A stretch of 64,000 bases of DNA from Ascidiella aspersa (lineage: Eukaryota): assembly GCA_963924565.1 (NCBI GenBank), contig OZ004615.1:17360001-17424000 (forward strand), given 5' to 3'. The translations under genes and the position numbers were made by a program. Below are positions 23,431-35,292 of the stretch, piece by piece (position 1 is the stretch's first letter; every line of letters starts with the position of its first letter). The notes under the pieces were generated by a model. That model did no database searches and had not been told where the DNA came from. It saw only the letters and a list, made by a program, of their open reading frames with translations.

Positions 23431-26400
23431 ATGATTTTATTATGGATGTTTTTCGCTTGTATTATTTTTGTGTACTGGTGGAAAAGACCTCACAGTAAAT
23501 TTCCACCAGGACCAAGGGGTCTTCCACTACTTGGCATTTTGCCGTTCATCAAGGATAGTATGCAAGAGACGGTAAAAGAATGGAGCGAAACAAAATATGG
23601 ACCTATAATGTCAGCTCGGGTCGGAAGAGAAGATACTGTGTTTCTTAACACTTCTGAGGCTATTCGTAAGGTTAAGCATATAATTTATATCAAAAAATAG
23701 AATAACTGCTGTATTGCTACTGTGGAAAGTATGTCAAAGTGCTCTTGCAACGCTTTTTTTCAACCGGCCCAACCTGCACCCAAAAATGTTTACCTTTTTG
23801 GCCGTGCAAACTCGAGATTTAGTTGAGTTCTGCCATACTTTTAAGATACGCTGTGTTGTGTTCTCATTTTAAATAAATTTTACTACCATTGATTCAAATC
23901 TCAGATGTTATTTTTCCATTAACAACTATTTTAGATCCATGCTGGATTTATATTTGTCTACTTTGTTAATCGGCAGGTATTTGTCAAATTTGGGTCCATT
24001 TCATCTGGTCGCTCACTAAATGGAATTTTTCATGAAGTTTACGGCAACCATGGAATCACCGATATGGATTACAGTGAAACATTCCTTGCACAAAAACAGT
24101 TTGGCTCCAAATGTCTTAGAAAGTAATTCATACGTAAAAAAATTTTGTTTTTGAACTACATTATTAATAATTTCAGGGTCGTAAAATACTGTACGTAAAA
24201 AGCCAAGGCTGCGGACTATCACTACTTGTTTATATTATTTAATGTATATGCTTGGGCATGTTTTTATTGCTGTATGCCATATTGTTTCACCATGATTAGA
24301 AAAAGAGAAACAAAGGGAATTGAAGAAGTTGTAGATAGTGAAGTTGAAAAAATTGTGCATTTTTTTCGTTGCAACGCTGGACAACCAATCCACCTAGCGG
24401 TAATACATTATTATTTATTATATCCATATTAAATTTAGGTTTGGTAAATAGTTTATTTTACTCCAGTAAACACTTTGCAGGTGTTTTTCAAAAGATTTAC
24501 TGCTAACATTGTTTCAAAATTTGTGTTTAACACTCGATACAGTTATGATGACAACTCTGAGAATAACATTATAACTTTGATGTAAGTGTTTTTTTTTAAG
24601 TTTGTCATGATAAATACTGTAGAAATGTATTACAAGTCTTTTAATTTTATATTACAGTGAAAAAAGCAACACGCAAAGTGGAATTTTGCTTCTATGTGTA
24701 TTTTTTAAGGCTCTACGTTACTTACCACCATTCTCCACTGCCTGTACGGAATTTTTAAAATCCCAAAATGCAGTGCTTGGTGAGTTAAGAGGGTTCAATT
24801 GATTTGTAGTGATTTAATTAAGAGGGTTCAATTGATTTGTAGTGATTTAATTAAATTATGTTTCGCTAAGACCTTTTAAACTATTTGCTTTGCACATTAT
24901 TATCACCACGATTGGTCTGTGTATTGGAAGGTTAAGCTAAAACCAGGCTAAACAATAAATTAGCCTAAAAACGGTAGACTATGTCATGTTCTCATGCAAA
25001 ATAAAAAAAATAACTTGGATTCCATAACGTCACCTTTGGTTCTTACTTTAATAATTGAATTACCTAATGTTTTAGCATGGTGATAATTACAAATTATGTG
25101 TGAAGATAAAACAAAACTAAAATATACAAAAGTAAATTATTGTCTATCATCATAAAAAGACTGCATAAACCAAGTACACCACACTTTGTTGAAAAATCAC
25201 TTTAAAGCAAAGCTGTCGTTTTCGGCATTAACGTCTGACCAAAACCCATTACATTTGTAAAGTTTTCTGATTTTTGGGGAACTTTTAGTAAATTATAAAA
25301 TAGTTTTTATTTTTTAGATGCCATTGAAAATATAGTTCAAGATCACGAAAAAAATTTCAACGAAAAAGATCTTCGTGATTTTGTTGATGATTTTTTACAT
25401 GAGCAAAAACATGGAGATGGCAAACAAAAGTCAAGTTTTACAGCAAGTGTTTAGATTTTATTGTTATAAAATAAGTACAAATATATATTTCTATATTATA
25501 GGGCAAAGCTTGTCCGCCGGACCATTGTTGAAGCCATATGCTCGCCCCGTCGGTCGCTGGCATGTGACCTTAAAGAGGCAGACAGAAAACACCCGATCCG
25601 TTAGAAATTAATGCATTTCTAAGCAAAAAGGTCCACGACTATTCGGGCATCCAAGGGCAGAAAAGTCTGACTTTTAGACCTTGAGGTCTTGTCAATGCAC
25701 TAATTTGGACTTCTAGGTAAACTCCCGGCGTAGATAAATTGAAACTATTCGCTGAAAATTTACAAAAGATAACAAAAAGTCTGAGATAACCCAAACGCTA
25801 ACCCTAACCCAAATATTGTGTATTAAACTCAACCTTCTTATGCACATTTGTTAAGTCAAATTAGTGCATTGTCCAAGACCTCAAAGTCTGAAAGTCGGAC
25901 TTTTCTGCCCTTGGATGCCTGAATTGTCGTAGACCTCTTTTTGCTTAGAAATGCATTAATTTCTAACGGATCGGGTGCAGAGATCGTCAACGTCTCAACG
26001 AAAGGAGTGGCGACGCCAAACGTGTGCGCTCGAGTTAGAAAGTGAATCGTGCGCGCGACATCGTAAAAAACTTCTTTTTTTTCAAACGAAATTACCAGGC
26101 GTGGACATAAAAATCAAATTAAGTATATTGTCTTCAAAAAAATAAATTTATTGTTTCCAACTTAAGACTTTTATCCGATTAAATGCCGCTTCCACGAAGT
26201 CTAAAATGTTTGACTCAAATTCTGTTTTTTCGTTAACCCAGTTCATGGACAATCAGCGAAAAATAGTCAAGGGACAACCAACACATGCTATATAACAATT
26301 AAGGCTACACGTATCCCTTGGTCAGCGAAATGCAAAAACACATGTTTTAAAATGTCTATTTCCCGAATGTGTAGCGCCACGTAATGCAACGTTTATAGAT

Positions 26401-29035
26401 GCCTTTTTATTAAACCATCCCAGTGATGTGGAGCCGAAATATGTATTTGTTAGGGCCGAACATCGCCTTCGCTAAATTGTAATGATGTTGCCACTACAAC
26501 ACTGGCTGTATCCTTGAAAGGTTTTATTTTAAATGTCTATTTTGGAAACCTATTTTAGACACAATACGGAACATTACCTTTCGGTTACATGCTAAATTGC
26601 TACAGGTAATTTTTAAATCATTGGTCATAAAGAGAGATATTAGCACACTGACACGTTATGTGTAAACATAATGTGTATGCTTAATGGTGATTAACCGGTA
26701 ACAACTACACATAACATATCTCGGTTATTTCAAAAGGCTGCATATTATATTGTTACAAGAAAATTTCTAATTTAACTGGGCAACGCTGGGTATTTCATCT
26801 AGTATTCCGCATAGTTATTCAGGTATTTGTGTTTTAGCTAATGTTTTTTCTTTAATTTTCAATAATATAACCAGTTATTTGAACTACTTTAGAGGCGACA
26901 GTTGCTGGCATATTGTCATTCATTGTTCATTGCTGGCACTGAAACATCAAGTATAACTTTGTCATGGTGTTTCTTATGTCTTCTTCACTATCCAAAGTAT
27001 CAGGAAATAATGTTTAAAGAGATCAATGGACTACAAATAGGTAAAAGTAGCAATTTTTTTATTAACTGCGCTTTAAGTCACCAGAAATGTAATGTTAAGT
27101 AAATTAAAAAAATAAACAAATAAAAGTAAAATAAAATGTATATTTAATGTAAAAACCTCTTATGGAGTTAAAGGCTATTCTGTTATATTTGCCGCCAAAA
27201 TAAAAAAATATGGTGGTAAATATAAAATTACAAATTTGGCAAATTCGATAACTTTTGCTGGAAACAGAAACTATTCTTATGAGTGTCAAAATAATATGAA
27301 AATACTTATTTTTTAAATATTTCCTCACACTGGATAGTTTCGTTTAATATTTAATTTTGATTGTTTGTCAATAGAAATAGAACTACATCATTCTTAATTT
27401 TGTCCCCAGAATTTTATCAGTTAAAATACAAACCCTTATTTTCTAAATGTTGCGTTGCAATTTTGATATTATTGTGAAGAAGTAGGCTAATTACACTCTG
27501 TAAATTTAACATCAATTAGGAAAAAATCCCATTGTTATCTTTCTTTATATATGAACAATATTGTACATTTCTTTTATTTTATATATCGTGTTTGGTTAAT
27601 TTGCGAGTGAAACGTACACGCGAAAATTAAAACATCGTTTAGGTTTTATTGCGATATTATTGCTTTAAATTTGATTTTATCAGATTTCGTGCCTAAAGAA
27701 GCCCGTTTGGTTCTTTTTTCTTGAACAGGGGTCACCAAACGTTGTTCGTAAAGCGCCGGGCTAGTTATTATAAAGAGCCGGGCTGGTTATTATGGGCCGG
27801 GCTGGTTATTATAAAGATCGAAGAAAAAAAAAATTGTATTCACCTTGTTGGACTTAATAATATAAAAAAATGTTTTAAATTTATACTGAGCTTGAAGAAA
27901 TTGTCGTTTGTTTCGTAATTCCATCAAAATTTAGCTAAGTTTTTATCCAACAAGCATTTCACTAAATAATGAATAAAAACCGTATATTTAGGATCATTTG
28001 TAAAGTATGTCGCGGGCCAGGAGAATGAAACAAAACGTAACATAGATTGTAAAACAAAACTATTTAGTAACCTTTTTAAAAGTTTTACTTAAAATATTAC
28101 GTGTCTAATTTTTATTTCAACTACAATTAAATAGCACAAATGAAAACCGCCTGTAAAAGTACGATTGAACCACCGGCAAGCTGGTTGCGGAACCCCTGCT
28201 GGTCTTAACGTACAATTATGTAACTTAAACTTCTAAATGTTTCTGCAGAAGAAGGCACAAAATTATTCTCGCTCAAGCATGAAATGGTGTTCACTCATGC
28301 GTTTCTTCAAGAAGTGATGCGATACCGAGCTGGGGCGCCCTTTAGTGTTCCTCACAAGGCAAATGAAACTATTGAAGTGGATGGCTATGTTATTCCCAAA
28401 GGAACACCAGTAAGTTATTTTTATTGTTATGACGTTAGCCTGCTCTACCTCATGCTATGTTTCATTCGATAAGCTCTAAATGGTTTTGTGGCCACATGAT
28501 GAAGGCTACAAATTCGATTTTTACTGGGGATTATTAAAAATACTATTTGGTCGTTAAAAGACGTATATTAAAATTGTGGAAAATCGCACATTTTTTTCGG
28601 TTCATCAAATATTGTGTATTTTTTATAAATTTATTCTAAAATTTAATCATGATTTTAAAATCCTTTAATGCCACTCGCTAGCGACGAAATTGAAGTAACT
28701 CATTTGCTTCTTTGCTACAGATATTTTCGAATTTGCACGCGGCACAGAACGATCCTCAATGCTGGGAAAATCCCGAATTGTTTCGACCAGAAAGATTCAT
28801 TAAACCAGACGGAAGTTTTGATTATTCCAAGAAGACCTCGTTGTTCGGTGTGGGGCCGCGTTCTTGCATTGGCGAAATTTTGGCCAAGTACGAGGTCTTT
28901 ACAATGTTTGCAAAAGTGCTACAGTTATTCGAGGTCATGCCAGTTCCAGATACGCCGATTCCCTCTCTCGATGAAAACTTCACCACTCTATTTTTCGCGC
29001 CGAAACCTTATACTGTGCTGCTCAGAGAAAGATAG
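23431..29035 (+). CDS. Cytochrome P450, CYP2 clan (485 aa)
   Basis: Exons 23431-23670, 23977-24122, 24300-24399, 24481-24581, 24658-24779, 25318-25442, 26893-27040, 28249-28409 and 28721-29035 total 1458 nt in one open frame. Motifs: TM anchor, PPGPRGLPLLG hinge, AGTETS (I-helix), EVMR (ExxR), PERF, FGVGPRSCIG (heme Cys). Confidence 0.93.
24785..24850. repeat. 33-bp perfect tandem duplication next to the CYP intron 5 donor
   Basis: ttaagagggttcaattgatttgtagtgatttaa occurs twice. Confidence 0.9.
25590..25977. mobile_element. Fold-back MITE with ~120-bp TIRs (CAC...GTG termini) in CYP intron 6
   Basis: cacccgatccgttagaaattaatgcatttctaagcaaaaag... matches the inverse at 25857-25977; no clean TSD. 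Confidence 0.8.
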
Positions 29036-30257
29036 ATAGCATTGGAAAACGCATGCAAAATAAAAACATATAATCCAGAGTACGGTAGTTTTATTACCCA
29101 GTAGATTTCCGTGGCTGAGTCATCATGTTAAACAGAATGTGTTATTCGTTTTGTATATGTGTTGTTTCCACCATTGCTTTCTCACCTACGGCACATTACA
29201 TTTCACCTGTTTTATTTCTGATCTGTTTACGTTTTAAATCGACTCTTTTTTATCATTGGTCACCTTCTGCACTCAAATGTTTTTCTCATCGTTTGGTCTT
29301 TTAGAAAAGATGATGTGGTTGAAGACAGTCCGGTTTGGGAAGCCTGGGGAGAACCATATGAAATTGCCATTAAACGTTGGAGCTCTTTGTGTCGCTGGCC
29401 ACATACCGTTGTACGCCTTAATTATTTCGCATGTATTCAGACTGCACTTATTACAAATAATATACGCCTCGTGTAGCGTTAGGCATCCGACAGGTCGTTA
29501 ATTAGAGGATCCAGTATTTTTGGCGCAACAATCATTGGTGCATATTTTTTTTCTTAAAGTTATACTTTTGAAAAGAAGTCGATTTTCAATCATTATATAC
29601 AATATACACCTTTTTTCTGTTGGAATAAAACGTTTTAGTGGCGCAAATAAACCCTTGAACTGTAACTGTAGGGGTAACTGTACATAACTTGTGCATGTTT
29701 TTAGCGTAAATGCGGACATATTTATTTCCAAATGAAACATTCTGTCTCTTACCATTTTGCCAAATAGTATTGTCCCGGCTAAGGCTAAAAAAGTTTTTTT
29801 ATATTTCTATCGCGTTAAAATTTGGTAGCGCATTCTTTTGTTGATGTAAGGTGTTTTTGTTTTTTATTCCACGTATTTACTTGTGACGAAACGTAACAAA
29901 GAGAATTTAATAAACGGAAAAAACGGAGTTTAAGAATAAATTTGCATTACCGAAACATTGTAAATTCGCTGATGAAAGCAAAGCATAAACCCGGAAGGAA
30001 TGTTAAGCGACACATGTTCAATAGAGTAGAATATAATCCTAATCCATACAAAAGTATTAAATTTACACTCATTCAGTCCACCAGCACCAGCAGTAGGCGT
30101 ACACCTAAAACAGGTCTACGTTATAGCCTACCTGCAAAAATACTAACGTTGATATGCCCAATTTAACGTGTATATAGTATACAACGAAATATTATCGAAA
30201 CACAAATATTGTCTGGTTGCAAAAGAGAAGCCAACTGCCCTAATGGTCACCTTAGAT

Positions 30258-31020
30258 CAGGGGTGGGCAATTATTTTTAACCGCGGGCTGCATGAGAAAC
30301 CTAAAATATGGGGTCAAATATAGGATCTAAAATACATACAATATGACGTCATACTCTAACGGTGTAAAACAAATAATCAACCAATTTGTTATTACATTTA
30401 GAGTTGTGCGAAAATGTGCAATTTAAGTCGGACTTAAAGAAGGTCACAAAACGTCGCGCAAAGCGCGAAAAATTTGCGACTATGTTGGTTTGAAAATGCA
30501 AACTTTAATTTAAATTTAGTACGTGATGCATTGAGCACCGACTAAAAATGTATATTGCTTGAGCGTTTATTAAGTTGTGGGGCGCGTTGACCCAAAACTT
30601 AAGATTAAAATACGGAAAAATTTCGTACGAAAAACTTACCTATATGTTTTTTCTTCTTTTTTAAAACTTTAAGTTACCGATGTGTTACAAAGTTTAATAA
30701 ACTTAGCCTAATATTTATATATATTTTAAATATTAGGCTAAATTTGTTTAACTTTCGTTGGAGAGAGTGCCACTGAGCAGAGAACGCTATTGGTTTGTAA
30801 AGATGCAAAAAATCGCGTGAAACATATAAGAGAAAGACATAAGAGATTCGAAAAAAAAAATAATTTCCGTTTTAGCATTTAGAACAGGCTAAAAATGTTC
30901 TAAATGCTAAAACGGAAAATTTGGCGGGGTCTTGCCAAGATCTGTCAACTTGCCCTGGTTTTCGCTTAGCCTATGTATTTTATTGAAAATAAGCCGCGGG
31001 CCGTATGTTGCCCAGGTCTG
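30258..31020. mobile_element. hAT MITE
   Basis: caggggtgggcaa...ttgcccaggtctg; TSD ccttagat / ccttatat; related 5' end at ~13460-13600. Confidence 0.75.
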
Positions 31021-31953
31021 CCTTATATGGACATACTCCCAGCTTATTGTTAAAACCATGCAAACAACAGCCGGTTTCCACACCAGACTTGTTATTCCTT
31101 GGGCATTTCTGTGATGCTATGCGGACCGTTTGCTTCGAAAATGTGCTTGCAAGCGTTTGTTCAAGTTGCTTTAGTCCCTTTTTTGTGTTTTACGTTTGCT
31201 TTAATAAAAATGTATGCCGCTAAAGTGGCGGAAATCCTGATAACATGTTATATACATTGGTTAGTTCGCGGCTAAAATGTAAGAAAGGATGGGAGTAATA
31301 AACTTACAAAATTTACCTCTTTGAGAAAACACCATTGACCAAATTTTATGAAAGTGTCAATCGCTCATATTCCTATTGTATTGTGTGCAGGGTTTTTTTT
31401 AAGTTTGGTTTGATTGACCGCTAAGTAGTTTTAAGAGACCGCAAGTGTTTCATTTAAATACCAAAAAGTTGTAAGCTTATTTCTAAGAAACGTGCTTATT
31501 TTAAAGTTGCATGCTTATAGTTTGTCTTATTTTAGTTTCTAAACGCGTTCTTTATCCTTTTTTTTATTTATATCTACCAAGTTATTTAATCCAGATTATA
31601 ACAGTAATGCATTAAATTACATCATAACAATGTATTGTGATTGTTTATTCTAAATCTAAAAAGTACACTGTAGCCTATAGAAGTGTGGAAGGTTGCTTTA
31701 GCAATCAGGTAAACTAATTTCGGCTTGACGTGAGGACTGGCATTTTTGTGTCAGTACAGACAAAATGCTATATCAGCCCATATAGGCTATGGAAAATACA
31801 ATGTTACTACAAAAAAAAATTCCTAGATGCATTACAGTAAATCATTCAATGAATAATTTTATTACAAGCCAAACTCCGCCAAGTGAACCAAACTTAACTA
31901 CCAGGCAGGGTCAGAATTAGGCGTTTCATGCTGCCATGCACCATGGTTTAAAA

Positions 31954-32694
31954 CAGGGGTCGACAACCTACGGCCCGCGGACCGGATCCGGCCCGCCGCC
32001 TCTTTGACAAATTAGACACGTGAGTCTATTGCACAAACTTTTTGTTCATTTTAACCACTTAATTGCGAAATATTTTCGCGCTACGCGCGAATGTTTATTC
32101 TACGTCCGGTTTGTTTACGTTTTGATGCTGCCTTTTCAACTAGATCAGCGATTCTTTACCGTTGAAAGGCTGCCAAGTGCGTCACGCAAAAACGGAAAAC
32201 ATATTAAAAAATATTGGACATATATTTTTTACTATTTTTTTATTTTTCATTTCGGCAATGTAATAAAAACTTGCAAGAAATTGAAAGAAACACCACTAAA
32301 CCAAAAAATAAAATCGCGCTCTCTTCGCTCGCCGCAGGTGCCGCCTTGACTTAAATCGATTAACAAACACTGAGCTAGATTAACTTTAAATGTTATCGCG
32401 TTCCCTTAAAGTATTTTTGTTACACTTTTCGCTAGTAGTTTGGATGACGAAAGTGCGAACTCGAATTTTAAACCAAACAAACTTTTTTTTCACGCTTTGC
32501 GTCAACACTTTTACTGCCTCTGTAAATGTAATTAAACGCGTTTTTAAGTGCAAAAAATATCCAAGACCCGTCTGACTCACAGTTGTTCTAACATTTCAAT
32601 CACACAATTCTTATAGTTATCATTTTGTGTAGCCCGCAAAGACCTTTCTGGGTTTGGTTTTGGCCCGCGACTAGAAAAAGGTTGCCGACCCATG
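31954..32694. mobile_element. hAT (Buster/Charlie-like) MITE, copy A
   Basis: caggggtcgacaacct...aggttgccgacccatg; TSD gtttaaaa on both sides; full-length inverted homologue at 40170-40906. Confidence 0.88.
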
Positions 32695-34003
32695 GTTTAA
32701 AATTTGTATAATTGGTGCGGTCTGACGCGAAAAAATTGACAAAGCTTGCATTAAAAAAGGGTGGTAAAATTGCCAATTTCAACCTAATAAACGCATTTTT
32801 TGCGCTTCGCGCGATTAAGCTACGTTTTGCGCATACAAAAATAGCTGTTTTTCAAGTTTTTATTTTTTTTTGCAACGTTATTTCTGAAACCTTGGATTTC
32901 ACCTCCAGAGTCCTGGATCTGTCCCTGATCTTTAGTAGCGTGCTTATTTTTTGGTCTGAGCAGATGGTAACCCTGCGCACCCTGCGGTATAGCTATAGTT
33001 GACGTAATATATTTATTTTTGCAAATCTGTGACAGATTAATTTAGCGAGTGGAAAACACCTCTAAGTTCTGAAATAAGATTACACAATGTGTGCCTATTG
33101 CGATTCGCGCGTAATAAAATACAAAAAATTTATAATTGCGCTTTTCTTGATAAACTCAAATAGGACTCCAGTCATAATACCAAATTCGGAATAAAAGCAA
33201 AATAGGACAATTACCTAAAGGTCGGAGTTCCGTCAAAATCAGAATAAGTCCTAAATCCGTTGGAATACGACATAAATGGTCAAAATCAGGCCTAAACAAC
33301 ACTTTGCCTAACCCCACCCTTAAGTACATCACTAACTCCCCTAATAATTTCAACCCTAAACCGTTTTCTAACCTCATCCATTACCCACTAATAACCCCAA
33401 ACAGGACCGAAAATCCGGTGCCAAAACATAGGCGTGTAGCCAGGGTGGGCCTGAGGGCCAGTTTTTGCTCATTGACTGTTTTTTTTAACATTCCAACTTT
33501 TTGGCCCCCCCCAAAAAAAATTTTCGGCTGGCTACGCCACTGTGCCAAAACAGAGGCGCCCTAACGACACTGGTCAAACCAGGGCGTCCAAACGTCGTCA
33601 ATAAAACGACCGATTCCAAACCGACCGCCCCTGATCGTCCCTTACCCTCTAGCGTTTGAGGCGTTATTTTGGCTATTAAGGCATTTTGCAGGTGAATTTA
33701 GGACGTATTCCATCAGATTTAGGTCTTATTCAGACGATTTTGATATTGTTCTACTGCGTATTTGGCTGTATTAACTATTATGTCATTGATTTTTGTGTGT
33801 TCCCCTTATGTGTTCCCCTAAAATTCGGTCGCATGTTTGTTTGAGTTCAAGAACAGGATGTTTCTTACATCAACATGTTTTCTAAAATATGGAGTTGTAA
33901 AGGGCTCTGCACACATACTACGTTTCGCGTCAAGCGTCGCGTTTTTACAGTAACTTTGTGACGTCATTCGTAAAATATTTTTATTCACAAAGATTGTCTA
34001 GAT

Positions 34004-34502
34004 CAGGGATGTCCAACCTGCGGCCCGCGGGCCGCATTGCGGCCCGCCTGATATTTACGTGCGGCCCACACTAATTCTCACTTTCAGTAACCTTCATTAA
34101 AAACAGTTGTTTCGAATATCATCAAAACGTGAAGATCGCGCAGTATTTGATGTAGGCATCATCTTGTGTTTTTTATAATCGAGTCTAATGTCGTATTTCA
34201 ACATCCATCGAGCACTTTGTGCACCCATCATTGCTAAGTAAGATGTTTGTTTTTCTGAATGTGTGTTTTTCCGGACCGTTTTAAGGAAATATGTCAGCCC
34301 AAACACGTGAAAACTTAAATTTTCGCATATTTGCGCATAAGTTCACTCTCGAAGAACGGGTGTTTATAAGTTAGGTTGTTTTATGACGTCACGATATGAC
34401 GCAACTTATGACGTCACCCCTTTAATTTGAGAGATTTTGCGGCCCATCGAAATTTTTCAAGTGGCAATGCGGCCCATTCTGCTAAAAGGTTGGACATCCC
34501 TG
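34004..34502. mobile_element. hAT (Buster/Charlie-like) MITE upstream of LIAS
   Basis: 16-bp perfect TIR cagggatgtccaacct; perfect TSD gtctagat (33996-34003, 34503-34510); gcggccc subterminal motifs. Confidence 0.92.
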
Positions 34503-35292
34503 GTCTAGATTGTAGAAGCAATAACATAATATTATTTATGTGCAAAAATAGAAATTACGGTACAGAATGATGAGTCACCAACTCATAACAACAATTGGGG
34601 ATATCGTTGGTGTAGAATCGTACCACATTTTTGTCAGGGCGTCTATATTGTTTACGTTATTTGTGTTGGGATGTGAGTTAGCGTTTGGGCTTGTCAAGTT
34701 CTCAAGTATTATTATTATATTCTCTCATCTTTACTTCTTGCAATTTCAACTTTAATAACTCGCTTTGTTACTGTAAAAAAACAGTGGTAGGATTCTAGAC
34801 CAACGCCATTTCTTTCTAATAAGTAAATACCTAGGCTACTAAAATCTTCCATTCTTAACGTGTCATGCATTTTTGGGACTACTGTGAATCCAATCTGCAT
34901 TCTGTTGCAGGTTAACATCCAAGATTTTTTTAAAGGGTCAGCAAAACCAAAAGTTGAGTTGTGCTAGATTCCCCAACCTCAAGTGTGCATAGAGATTGCA
35001 ATATGTATTTAATTGCATTTTTCTTGGGTGTATAACCTGAATTAAGAGTTGTACAGATGTGCAATCAAGCTTTTATGCACACCTGAGGTTTGGAATCATA
35101 CAAATACTTCGGCTTTTCTGAATATTAGATCCAACATTACTAATTTTCATGTGCACATAAAACACTTAAAAATTCTGGGTTGTGAAACTGCCTCTGAATC
35201 CACACTGGCTGTCAAGGTATTTGGAAAAATTGTAAACTAATACACATTTTTATCCCTTAACTAATTGTTATAGCTTGTAAGCAGAATTGACC

